Sequence record: OM362897.1
Length of the DNA: 64,000 nucleotides
Strand: one strand, 5' to 3'
From: Escherichia phage SKA64
Position numbers and translations under genes: made by a program. Below are positions 1 through 8,607 of this stretch, piece by piece. Under the pieces are notes generated by a model. That model was not told the origin of the DNA, ran no database searches, and saw only the letters and a program-made list of their open reading frames with translations. Position 1 is the first letter of the stretch. Each line of letters opens with the position of its first letter.

Positions 1-23
1 GAAGCCATTTATAAGGAGGATTG

Positions 24-524
24 ATGGGTGTAGCAACAATAGCTATCGGAAGAAGCGGTATAGATGAGTGCTATCAAACGGGACTCGTAAAACCTAACGA
101 ATTTCGTCAAATTTGTGTAAACCATATTGAAAAAGAGATTGCTCTTACTTTAGAGAATATGACCCTCCGAGATAAGCTGGAAATGTTTAAATGTTGGTGT
201 CTAGGAGAAGATTGGCTTTTAAACCATTTTCAAGAACTTTCTGATAGTAAAGAAAGCTTGTTTGATTGTATAATAGGAATAGCTGGCTCCGATCCTAGCC
301 TTCTGCACATAACAGAAGAAGAGGCGAAGTTACTGTTCTTAAGTAATTTGTTTAATAAGAAAGCACTGCTTGTTCGTGATTGCAGTGATCTTCTTAATAA
401 CCCGCTCGCAACGTCTGATCAAATTTTTGTTGACAAAGAGACACTACGTGCGATAGAATACATCTGCAAATATGTGAATGGCGGGAAAGCGGTTCTTAAA
501 ACATTAACAGAGGAGGAAGAATAG
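24..524 (+). CDS. hypothetical protein
   Basis: ORF track 21..524; ATG at 24 after AGGAGG at 14-19; first gene of packed + block. Confidence 0.6.
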   Translation: MGVATIAIGRSGIDECYQTGLVKPNEFRQICVNHIEKEIALTLENMTLRDKLEMFKCWCLGEDWLLNHFQELSDSKESLFDCIIGIAGSDPSLLHITEEEAKLLFLSNLFNKKALLVRDCSDLLNNPLATSDQIFVDKETLRAIEYICKYVNGGKAVLKTLTEEEE

Positions 525-1216
525 TGACGACAATTATTGCAACCAAAAATAAGATTTTGAGTGACGGTAAGGTAACTTTTGGTGGACGTGTAGATTCTAT
601 TAATTTCAAAAAGGTCCGAAAAATTGGAGATTACCTTGTAGGTGGTGCTGGTCGTCTGACCTCCGTGCTTTCTTTCTTTCAATGGTTTGAACAAAATCTA
701 CAGTGCGAAGCAGCACGTGATGCTGTCCCTGGTTTGATGATTCACTCTGATCCAGACAAAGAAGATGAAGAGTTTATTGCACTTGTTGTTCATCCAGACG
801 GACGTATTTTCCTGCACGAGGGTAACAACCCAACACGTGCATATCCGATTGATGAAGAATATTATGCAGTAGGGAGTGGGTCAGACTTTGCTTTAGCTGC
901 TCTTGATGCAGGGGCAACACCAGAACAGGCTATGGAAGTAGCTAAAAAGCGAGATGCTTTTTCTGGTGGTGAAACATTTATTGAAGAACAAGACGAGATT
1001 ATTGAATTAACAGACGATGATTTAGAAAACTTCTCCAAAGAAGAATTGATCAATCTTTTGAAATTCGGTAATCCCTACGGTGAAGAAGAACCTCGTAACG
1101 TGGCAGGTAACGAGGCGGATACTGAAGAAAAATCTGTTGCAGAAAACAACTTGACTTCTAAATCTGAAAATATTAATCTCGTAAATGTGGCGGATTTCGA
1201 AGGAACCGCTATTTAA
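524..1216 (+). CDS. HslV / proteasome beta-subunit-like Ntn-hydrolase peptidase with acidic C-terminal extension
   Basis: GTG start overlapping upstream stop; N-terminus M-TTIIAT (Thr1 nucleophile position), KKVRK, GGAG, AVGSGSDFALAALDAG resemble HslV TTIV / KKVRR / GFAGG / AIGSGG blocks; about 70 aa Asp/Glu-rich tail. Confidence 0.65.
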   Translation: MTTIIATKNKILSDGKVTFGGRVDSINFKKVRKIGDYLVGGAGRLTSVLSFFQWFEQNLQCEAARDAVPGLMIHSDPDKEDEEFIALVVHPDGRIFLHEGNNPTRAYPIDEEYYAVGSGSDFALAALDAGATPEQAMEVAKKRDAFSGGETFIEEQDEIIELTDDDLENFSKEELINLLKFGNPYGEEEPRNVAGNEADTEEKSVAENNLTSKSENINLVNVADFEGTAI

Positions 1217-1261
1217 CAAACTGCCCCTTCGGGGGCATTTCTTAAACATAGGAGATTAATA

Positions 1262-1696
1262 ATGTTACAAGTTCCTGCTAAGTTTGTTGAAGGCGCTATC
1301 CACTCTTACCGTCAAACATGTAAGAGGGCAAGAAACTGTTTAGATGGTCTGGTGGCAAAAACCTATACTGTTGAAAAGAAGAAACGTTGGTTTGGCAAAG
1401 ATGTTTACGAAGTTAATATTTTTGGTGAACATAAACTAAACCACGATACTCCTGAAAACATGTTAGAAATATTTCTAAGAGATGACAAAATATCTCCTAT
1501 GGATTACCAACTTTTAAAATTTTATGATTCTTCTTTGGCTATTGATAAGTTTGTTGAAGATATTCTGTCTAGAAAAACAGATAAAAACACTTATCCTCTA
1601 GAAGCTGATCAAATAGGATTATTAAACGAGATTTCATCCTTTAAAGAGTTGGATAATATTACAAAAGAGGAGATTTTAGATGGCATTAGATTATGA
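1262..1696 (+). CDS. hypothetical protein
   Basis: ORF track; AGGAG upstream; same-strand packing. Confidence 0.55.
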   Translation: MLQVPAKFVEGAIHSYRQTCKRARNCLDGLVAKTYTVEKKKRWFGKDVYEVNIFGEHKLNHDTPENMLEIFLRDDKISPMDYQLLKFYDSSLAIDKFVEDILSRKTDKNTYPLEADQIGLLNEISSFKELDNITKEEILDGIRL

Positions 1697-2189
1697 TCGC
1701 CCAACGAGCGATTATTATCCAACACCGCAAAAAGCAATCAATAGTTTGTTTAGTGTTATAGATTTCAAAAATCTAAAGGAAGAAGGTTGGGTTTTTGCAG
1801 AACCTTGCAGAGGTGAAGCTGAAGCGATTTATCGCCATTTTCCTGAAGGTTCAGAATATTGCGAACTTGAAGAAGGTAAAGATTATTTTAGTCATGAATG
1901 GGAAAATCGTCCCGACATTATAATCACAAATCCTCCATTTAAGTTAGCAATGGAGTTCTTGGAAAAGAGCTTAAAAGAGGCGGATGTTTGTATTTATCTT
2001 CTTCGGTTGGGCTTCTTGGAGTCAAAGAAACGACGAGAGTTCCATCAAAAGAATCCACCAACAAACCTTATAGTCCTTTCAGAACGGCCTTCGTTTGTTG
2101 CAGGTGGAACAGATAAGACAGCATACGCTTGGTATGTATACGACCCAAAGAATCGTTTGGGCCTCTCTCAACCATTTTATTTTGTTTAA
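1680..2189 (+). CDS. short Rossmann-fold methyltransferase-like protein (NPPF motif; N6-adenine/amino-MTase-like)
   Basis: FAEPCRGEAEAI (motif I-like) then IIITNPPF (motif IV of amino-methyltransferases); only 169 aa. Confidence 0.45.
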   Translation: MALDYDRPTSDYYPTPQKAINSLFSVIDFKNLKEEGWVFAEPCRGEAEAIYRHFPEGSEYCELEEGKDYFSHEWENRPDIIITNPPFKLAMEFLEKSLKEADVCIYLLRLGFLESKKRREFHQKNPPTNLIVLSERPSFVAGGTDKTAYAWYVYDPKNRLGLSQPFYFV

Positions 2190-2201
2190 GGAGTGTGAAC
2201 T

Positions 2202-2438
2202 ATGGGTAAACTAATTATGACAGTGGCTATTGATTTTGATGAAGTAGATGAAAGCCTCAACCTTTCACTTTCTACTGACGTAGATGGCGAAATGGATAAT
2301 ATTGAAGCAGCTACTGCTCTTTTCTTCAAAAAAGCCATTGAAGTTTATGCCGAACATGCTGCAAATCAGGCAGTAGATTACGGTGGTATCGTGCGAGCTT
2401 TAGTTCACTCTACCGAGGGCAATGACTGGGAAGATTAA
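2202..2438 (+). CDS. hypothetical protein
   Basis: ORF track; GGAG RBS; acidic. Confidence 0.5.
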   Translation: MGKLIMTVAIDFDEVDESLNLSLSTDVDGEMDNIEAATALFFKKAIEVYAEHAANQAVDYGGIVRALVHSTEGNDWED

Positions 2439-2641
2439 TGGCTTACAATTATTACTGCATTTATGCACATGAAAAGAAAAAAGGTGACACTGGGACTAAC
2501 GTTTATGCGGAGTCCGAATCTCATGCAAAAGAGATTGGTGCTATCCTTTTATCACGCTGGACTGGAAATAATTACAGTGCAGAAGATATGTTTGCAGAAG
2601 TGGATTCTAGAATCCAAGAAGACAACATAACAACTACGTGA
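2438..2641 (+). CDS. hypothetical protein
   Basis: ORF track; ATGG overlap with upstream stop. Confidence 0.5.
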   Translation: MAYNYYCIYAHEKKKGDTGTNVYAESESHAKEIGAILLSRWTGNNYSAEDMFAEVDSRIQEDNITTT

Positions 2642-2650
2642 TATACTTAT

Positions 2651-2676
2651 ACTCCCTTTTCGGAGGGAGTATTTTA
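2651..2676 (+). terminator. rho-independent terminator
   Basis: hairpin actccctTTTCGgagggagt followed by ATTTT. Confidence 0.6.
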
Positions 2677-2686
2677 AGGAGGGATT

Positions 2687-2881
2687 ATGCAGAGCGGAGA
2701 AGAACTTTTAGAGAAACAATTCTCAACGCGTCAACAAGCTTTAAGTTATATGGTTTTTCTAAGCAATCTTGATGTGAATGAGATACTTTTACGGCGCGAA
2801 GGTAATTTCTGGAGCGTTAAATATCATGCAACAAGGTCTGTAATCTACCTGGAAGAGGCGGAATTCTCTTTGGTAGAATGA
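2687..2881 (+). CDS. hypothetical protein
   Basis: ORF track; AAGGAGGG RBS. Confidence 0.5.
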   Translation: MQSGEELLEKQFSTRQQALSYMVFLSNLDVNEILLRREGNFWSVKYHATRSVIYLEEAEFSLVE

Positions 2882-2895
2882 TCCGAGGAGTAGTT

Positions 2896-3468
2896 ATGCG
2901 TTCAACTTTCACTGGCAAAATAAATGCTGGTTTGATTTTTACAGCAGTAAGCATTCTTAGCAAAAAGTTTAAAGTTGTTAACTTACCTGTGTGTGTCGAT
3001 TTCGATCATGTTTTTGATCCTTCGAACCCCACTCGTTGCATAGTAAGGAGTAATGTTGAAAACCCAACAGAAAATCTTTTTTATGTAACAAAACCATCTC
3101 AAAGCATACTTAACCAGGTTGAGGCGAAATTGATACCTAACGGTAAATATTACTCCTTTTTACCTTGTAAGTCGGTTGAAGTAGAGAATAGCAATACTTT
3201 CGCTAATAACTTGTCTGTATTCGTTTTCTTTGTTTCACAGGAAGACGAAACAGATGAAATGGTAGCAACAGTGAGATCACTTTATGACTCTTTAGGGGTT
3301 GTTTATAGTCAACAAGTGTGCGAAAATAATAAAGCCTGTGTAGATTTCATTATCAACGGTATTTGTGTTTGTAGAGTAGAATCTTTTTGGCTGCACGATA
3401 CATATGTGACTGTAGCAGAGGTTATATCTGAACCAAGATTTAGTCATGCGGTTTCGTTAATAATTTGA
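2896..3468 (+). CDS. hypothetical protein
   Basis: ORF track 2878..3468; ATG at 2896 after GAGGAG chosen. Confidence 0.55.
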   Translation: MRSTFTGKINAGLIFTAVSILSKKFKVVNLPVCVDFDHVFDPSNPTRCIVRSNVENPTENLFYVTKPSQSILNQVEAKLIPNGKYYSFLPCKSVEVENSNTFANNLSVFVFFVSQEDETDEMVATVRSLYDSLGVVYSQQVCENNKACVDFIINGICVCRVESFWLHDTYVTVAEVISEPRFSHAVSLII

Positions 3469-3478
3469 GGAGGAAGGA

Positions 3479-3808
3479 ATGGAAATTACTACAGAACAAG
3501 CCCTTATCGATGAGGGTCGTAAAATCTTAGAAAAGTATTTAGGGGAGATTCATAAAACCCCTGGCTATTTGGGTTGGAGAATTGTTGAAGCTGTAGATTT
3601 CCTTCCTCGTAACAGTAAAAACGTCGAAATGCGATCTCTTTTCTTATTAGTAAAGGTGGATGGGGATACGCCTTTTAAAGATGCCGCAGAACATATTGAA
3701 AAAGTTGAAGAGAAAGCTTATGCAGAATTTGCCGATCTTGTTTTAGAACAAGAGATTGAAGGAAAGGTGAATATTTTTATTTTCTTAGATTTTGAGGAGG
3801 ATAAGTGA
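3479..3808 (+). CDS. hypothetical protein
   Basis: ORF track; GGAGGAAGGA RBS. Confidence 0.55.
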   Translation: MEITTEQALIDEGRKILEKYLGEIHKTPGYLGWRIVEAVDFLPRNSKNVEMRSLFLLVKVDGDTPFKDAAEHIEKVEEKAYAEFADLVLEQEIEGKVNIFIFLDFEEDK

Positions 3809-4548
3809 TCATACACAGAGAAATTACTGTTAAAAGCGATCAAGATCTTTTTATAATTGGAGATCTACACGGTTGTTATAATTTGTATGAAAAAGGAAAG
3901 GCAAAGTTAGGTATCCGAGATACAGATGTGGTTGTATCTCTAGGAGATCTTACTGACCGTGGAAAGCAAAACTTTCGTTGTGTTTTAGAATTTACTCGTA
4001 AACACAATCGCTACGCTATTCGTGGCAATCATGAAGACATGATGATTAAAGGTATGCTGGAAGGAGATCGTAGCTACTACGAGTGTTGGTATCAAAATGG
4101 AGGATATACGGTCTTTGAAGAATGTGGTGAAGAAGGAGCTACAGCCTTAGCAATGATGACAGAAGATTTACCTGTTGTTCTCATTGTTAACTACAGAGGC
4201 ATGAAACTTGCGTTTATTCATGGTGGGTATCCATCTTCTTTGGAATATCTCCCTGTAACAGATATTCCAGAATACATTTCGAAGATGACAAAAACACAGG
4301 AAAACCGTTTTGCTGAAGCACTTATGTGGGACAGAGATATGGTAGACTGTGCTAAAGAGGGAATGAAACTTCCTGTTGTGATGGGTGTGGATTATGTGTT
4401 TCATGGACACTCTTATGTAAAAACACCTATTATCAATGCGAATCGTGTTTATATGGATACTGGATCTGTGTTCAATAATAACTTAACATTTGCTTATTTC
4501 GATATGGACGGTGGTCTTCAATTTTATTCAACTCTTGAGGAGGATTAA
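3805..4548 (+). CDS. PPP-family Ser/Thr protein phosphatase / calcineurin-like metallophosphoesterase
   Basis: GDLHG, GDLTDRG and GNHE motifs in canonical order; 247 aa. Confidence 0.8.
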   Translation: MIIHREITVKSDQDLFIIGDLHGCYNLYEKGKAKLGIRDTDVVVSLGDLTDRGKQNFRCVLEFTRKHNRYAIRGNHEDMMIKGMLEGDRSYYECWYQNGGYTVFEECGEEGATALAMMTEDLPVVLIVNYRGMKLAFIHGGYPSSLEYLPVTDIPEYISKMTKTQENRFAEALMWDRDMVDCAKEGMKLPVVMGVDYVFHGHSYVKTPIINANRVYMDTGSVFNNNLTFAYFDMDGGLQFYSTLEED

Positions 4549-4856
4549 TGTATAAGATTACAATTATTCAAAGTGTAGGTAATATCCGTAAAGAAGTTAT
4601 CTTAGAAACAGAAGATGTTAATCTTGTTCGTGAGATTGTTCTTAAGGAAGATAACCTGCAAGCTGTAGAATCAGATGCACCGAATCTTATGGTGGATCAA
4701 GAATATTCTGAACTTCGTCGTATTTTTGAAGAGATTCAGAAGAAAGAAACACAACCGACCATAAAACCTTTTGGTCCTTATGATCCGAGCAATCCTAGCA
4801 GTCCTTGGATCATGAGAAATACGGAACCGTATACACCTTTTGAAATTACTTGTTGA
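4548..4856 (+). CDS. hypothetical protein
   Basis: ORF track; ATGA overlap with phosphatase stop. Confidence 0.5.
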   Translation: MYKITIIQSVGNIRKEVILETEDVNLVREIVLKEDNLQAVESDAPNLMVDQEYSELRRIFEEIQKKETQPTIKPFGPYDPSNPSSPWIMRNTEPYTPFEITC

Positions 4857-4863
4857 GGTGATT

Positions 4864-5445
4864 ATGGCAGAACTGTTCTATACGGGAGTTGGAAGTAGAG
4901 ACATATCCGAAGAAGAGTGGGCTTTGATGGTAGGCATAGGGAAATGGCTTTCAAACCTTGGGTTTAAATTAAGGTCTGGGAAGGCAGAGGGTAGTGATTC
5001 TGCTTTTGAAACAGGTGTCCAAGAGTCTGAAAATCCTACTAACAAGGAGATTTATGTTCCTTGGGAAAATTTCAAAGGTAATCAGATTCCAGGGGATGTT
5101 ATTGTTCTTGCAAAACCAGATACAATGAACTATGCTATCTCTGTGCAATGGATCAAAGATGTTCACCCAGCCTATGAAAAGCTTAAGCAGGGTGCTAGAA
5201 AATTGCACCAACGTAATGTGCATCAAGTGTTAGGTAGAGATTTGGAGAATCCTGCTCCATCATGTTTCTTGTTGGCTTGTGCTAATACTGATAAACATGG
5301 AGATGCAAAAGGTGGAACAGCTACGGCTTGGAAGATAGCTAAAGCCAATAATGTTCCTTGTTTAAATATTCGTGGGAAAACAAAACAAGAGATTTACGAT
5401 TTTCTACGACCTTTGGTAATGAGGGCAATAACAAGTGATTCCTAG
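4864..5445 (+). CDS. DprA/LOG-like (SLOG) Rossmann-fold protein
   Basis: ATG 4864 after GAGGTG; YTGVGSR...LSNLGFKLRSGKAEGSDSAFETG matches GSR...G..L.SG.A.G.D.A pattern of DprA/Smf/LOG fold. Confidence 0.45.
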   Translation: MAELFYTGVGSRDISEEEWALMVGIGKWLSNLGFKLRSGKAEGSDSAFETGVQESENPTNKEIYVPWENFKGNQIPGDVIVLAKPDTMNYAISVQWIKDVHPAYEKLKQGARKLHQRNVHQVLGRDLENPAPSCFLLACANTDKHGDAKGGTATAWKIAKANNVPCLNIRGKTKQEIYDFLRPLVMRAITSDS

Positions 5446-5947
5446 ACGTAAACGTGGTGAACAAAGAACAAACTTGGCAGAAATCTTAGATTACAACATG
5501 GTTAATGATGTGACAAAAGAAATTCTCCCTGTTGTAGAAGATATTCTTCGTAGAGGGTTACGATTCTGCTCGGATCGGGTGCATTTCATGTGGACACATA
5601 AAAGTGACTCCTCTTTGAATTTTTATCCTTTAGACTATACTCTGAACAATACGGAGATGAAAGATATCAACAAATATTTAATGGGATATAAAGATATAAC
5701 CGAAACTGTTCTTGGAGAATTGGCAGAAATCTTGGCTAATGATATCCTTAGAAATATTAATAAGGCTCTTGACAGAAGCCCAGCAGGAGTAGTAGTATCT
5801 TTTGCTGTGCCAGATATGGTTAAATATGAGTCTACAATACCTAATAAAGCTTATGCCTTTCTTCGGAGAGACGTTCGTGGAAATGTGTTGGAGATGGAGT
5901 CAAACTACAAGATTGAGGAGGTTTTATGGCAGAGTTCGGATCAGTAA
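5435..5947 (+). CDS. hypothetical protein
   Basis: ORF track; GTG start overlapping upstream stop; alternative ATG at about 5495. Confidence 0.45.
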   Translation: MIPRRKRGEQRTNLAEILDYNMVNDVTKEILPVVEDILRRGLRFCSDRVHFMWTHKSDSSLNFYPLDYTLNNTEMKDINKYLMGYKDITETVLGELAEILANDILRNINKALDRSPAGVVVSFAVPDMVKYESTIPNKAYAFLRRDVRGNVLEMESNYKIEEVLWQSSDQ

Positions 5948-6216
5948 CAAGTTTTGAAAGTAACTTCGTTACCGCTTGGGAAGCTTGGGATGAAATGGGT
6001 GTTGGGGAACTTTATTTTTACAATGTAACACTACGTCCAGAGTATGCTTACCTGGTACCAGAAGGAACAGTTCAAATTGGCATGTATTTGTCTTCTCAAG
6101 ACGGTGTTGTTCAATTTGAGTTTTATTCTAACACAACGGACAACGAATTTACATACCGCGCATTTCATGTCAACATGTCTTTAGGAGAGGAGAAATTTTA
6201 TGACGACCAAGTTTAA
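5926..6216 (+). CDS. hypothetical protein
   Basis: ORF track; GAGGAGG upstream. Confidence 0.45.
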   Translation: MAEFGSVTSFESNFVTAWEAWDEMGVGELYFYNVTLRPEYAYLVPEGTVQIGMYLSSQDGVVQFEFYSNTTDNEFTYRAFHVNMSLGEEKFYDDQV

Positions 6217-6397
6217 AACAGTAGAAGAAGCCGTAAAAGCAGCTTATGAGGCTTTAGCGGAAGCAGAACAGTTAGCAGACGAGACTGGTGAAGGTTTCAG
6301 TTTCTCCCCTGAATATGGGATGGGTGGTTATTATGATCCAGAAGATGAAAATGAGAATACTGGAACAAATTGGCATCCATCTTCTTTAAGTTGTTAA
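6200..6397 (+). CDS. small acidic protein, member of tandem family with C-terminal W-x-SS-x-SC
   Basis: ORF track; ends TNWHPSSLSC. Confidence 0.5.
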   Translation: MTTKFKTVEEAVKAAYEALAEAEQLADETGEGFSFSPEYGMGGYYDPEDENENTGTNWHPSSLSC

Positions 6398-6408
6398 TAG
6401 GAGGTAAA

Positions 6409-6678
6409 GTGGGAATCGAAGATATCAAAGGTTATAAACCGCATACCGATGACAAAATTGGTAAAGTGAATGCTATTAAAGATGCTGAAGTTCGATTAGG
6501 ATTAATCTTTGATGCTCTAATGTCTGAATTGTGGGCTGAACTGGATGATTGTGAAGATTTGGAAGAGTCTACCAATATATCCACCCGCCTTGACCAAATT
6601 TCAATAGCAAAGACTAAGTTGAAAGAAGCTTCTATGTGGGCCTGTCGTTCCGTTTTCCAACCAGAGGAGAAATACTAA
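6409..6678 (+). CDS. hypothetical protein
   Basis: in-frame GTG at 6409 after AGGAGG (6399-6404) preferred over track start 6370. Confidence 0.4.
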   Translation: MGIEDIKGYKPHTDDKIGKVNAIKDAEVRLGLIFDALMSELWAELDDCEDLEESTNISTRLDQISIAKTKLKEASMWACRSVFQPEEKY

Positions 6679-6896
6679 TGAGTTATCGTAATGTTGAAGA
6701 ATTAACTGAAAAAGCCCAAGCTATTATGGCTTTGGTGGACGAACTTACAAAAGAAGCTGAAGATGCTGGTTTTGGTCTTAGTTTAGAAGATGACGCAATC
6801 TGTTTTGAAGATTGGCAATCCTCTTCTTGTTATGGTGAAGGTGATGATGGTTTCGTTGTTAATTCTCAAGGCGTTTGGCACAGTAGTAGCTGTTAA
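6678..6896 (+). CDS. small acidic protein, tandem family member
   Basis: ATG 6678 after GAGGAG; ends QGVWHSSSC. Confidence 0.5.
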   Translation: MSYRNVEELTEKAQAIMALVDELTKEAEDAGFGLSLEDDAICFEDWQSSSCYGEGDDGFVVNSQGVWHSSSC

Positions 6897-6905
6897 GGAG
6901 AGATT

Positions 6906-7178
6906 GTGGAGTCTGAAGGTGAACTGCTGATAAAAAAGAAAGTTAAAGAGATGGAACAAGCACAAAGAAAGTTTCGTAAGGAAATTGAAGAACTTTGTGA
7001 ACAGTTTCAGGAACAAGCTTGGATAGGTGACTACGGTAACGGAGAAACTTATTACCCTACAGGAACGCCAGCCGCAGATCACTATATTGATTTCATTTGT
7101 GAAGATTATGGTGTAGAGTTGGATGAAAATGGTTTAACCACAAGAGGTGTTTGGATCTCTTCTTCCTCAATGTGTTAG
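6906..7178 (+). CDS. small acidic protein, tandem family member
   Basis: GTG 6906 after AAGGAGAG; ends RGVWISSSSMC. Confidence 0.5.
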   Translation: MESEGELLIKKKVKEMEQAQRKFRKEIEELCEQFQEQAWIGDYGNGETYYPTGTPAADHYIDFICEDYGVELDENGLTTRGVWISSSSMC

Positions 7179-7186
7179 TAAATAAT

Positions 7187-7210
7187 AACCCGCTTCGGCG
7201 GGTTTTTTAT
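7187..7210 (+). terminator. rho-independent terminator
   Basis: aacccgcttcggcgggtt hairpin followed by TTTTTT. Confidence 0.7.
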
Positions 7211-7238
7211 TGACAGGAATCTGGAAGCCTGATAAACT
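7210..7238 (+). promoter_or_regulatory. sigma70-like promoter
   Basis: TTGACA, 17 bp spacer, TAAACT, about 30 nt upstream of gene at 7269. Confidence 0.4.
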
Positions 7239-7268
7239 TAACCTATCAACCAATAGAGGAGAAATATT

Positions 7269-8210
7269 ATGGTGTTAATTGGTAGCCGTGCATTACAAAT
7301 TCATGCTATGGACATGGGAAAAGACTTGTATCGCCCTTGTGTAGATTTAGATTACCTGTGTACAGAACAAGAGTGGGAAGAATTATCAAAAATGTTCTCT
7401 CAAGACGAGTTTGTTGAACTTGTAGAACGTAAAGGGAGCAAAGGCCATGTCAAAATGATAGCTGGTGCACATTTGGAATACGATATTGCTTCTCAAGGAG
7501 ATAGCACAGAAGCTTTGATTAGTTATTGTGAAGATTCTGATGATGTTCGTCGAACTTACGCTGGACATGTTGTTGCTCCTTTAGATGTGCTCTACCTTCT
7601 TAAAATGAGTCATCGTTTTAAAAAGGATAGTCCTCACTTCTTTAAAACTATGAAAGATATTCATTTCATGCGGTCACTGGGCGCAAAGATCCCAGAAAAT
7701 CTTAAGAGTATTTATGAGTTGCGTGAGAAAGAAACATACACTTACTCTCATCCGAACTTAAACGTAAAAAGTAAAGAGTTCTTTAAAGGTGACGAGGTTC
7801 CGTATGTTTATGATCATGATTCTATCCATGAAGCAATCGCGTTAATGGATGCTCCAGCATATAAATCTTATATGAAAGATGGAAGTGAAGTTATGACCAG
7901 CAAAGAAAAGTTTTTTGCTCAACCAAAACATGTGCGGCTGTTAGGTGTTTATGAAGAAGCGTGTGTTTTGGCTTTGGAACGTTCACAAATTCCTTTCGGT
8001 GAAGAGATCGGAGGTCCAACCCCTAAGCAAAGTTTTATAATGGCTTTATCTAAAGTCTGCACATCCATCACTAGTGGTTGGTTTAGGGAATATGCTTGGG
8101 AAAACTTTTATGTTGTTATTAAGCTATATGAAAACATGGGCGAAAACGACTATGTTGAACGTTTTAAAGCTAATCAACATGTAGTAAAGCCTTTTGAAGG
8201 AGGTTATTAA
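7269..8210 (+). CDS. hypothetical protein (313 aa); weak minimal-nucleotidyltransferase-like N-terminus
   Basis: ORF track; AGAGGAG RBS; N-terminal LIGSRAL...VDLDYL loosely resembles GS...DxD NTase signature (spacing atypical). Confidence 0.55.
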   Translation: MVLIGSRALQIHAMDMGKDLYRPCVDLDYLCTEQEWEELSKMFSQDEFVELVERKGSKGHVKMIAGAHLEYDIASQGDSTEALISYCEDSDDVRRTYAGHVVAPLDVLYLLKMSHRFKKDSPHFFKTMKDIHFMRSLGAKIPENLKSIYELREKETYTYSHPNLNVKSKEFFKGDEVPYVYDHDSIHEAIALMDAPAYKSYMKDGSEVMTSKEKFFAQPKHVRLLGVYEEACVLALERSQIPFGEEIGGPTPKQSFIMALSKVCTSITSGWFREYAWENFYVVIKLYENMGENDYVERFKANQHVVKPFEGGY

Positions 8211-8211
8211 T

Positions 8212-8607
8212 ATGTGTGGATATCTTTCAGAAAGTTATTTCAAAGTGACGCATGAGGATTTAGAAAAAGCACGATTGAAACTGACAGCTATTATTGAATA
8301 CTCTAATACTGTTGAACACAGATTAAAGACTACTAAAGTATCTGTTCCTTGTTGGTTAGGTTTACGGCATAAAATAATGTCTCAACATGACCATGTTGTT
8401 CGAGAGATGCATGGTTGGTGTTGGTTTCACGATGTGGCTCTGCATTTTGGTTATATTACAGAAGAAGAGCATAGATTCTGTGAACTAACATATCGTATTC
8501 CAACCCTTCACGATTTAGATTTGTGGAAGAAAGCAAACGAGATTTTTCTTACAGAAAGTGATTGGCGTAAAGTTATGGCTTGTCTTGAATGGAGGGGTAA
8601 TGAGTAA
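8212..8607 (+). CDS. hypothetical protein
   Basis: ATG 8212 after GAAGGAGG preferred over TTG 8194. Confidence 0.55.
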   Translation: MCGYLSESYFKVTHEDLEKARLKLTAIIEYSNTVEHRLKTTKVSVPCWLGLRHKIMSQHDHVVREMHGWCWFHDVALHFGYITEEEHRFCELTYRIPTLHDLDLWKKANEIFLTESDWRKVMACLEWRGNE

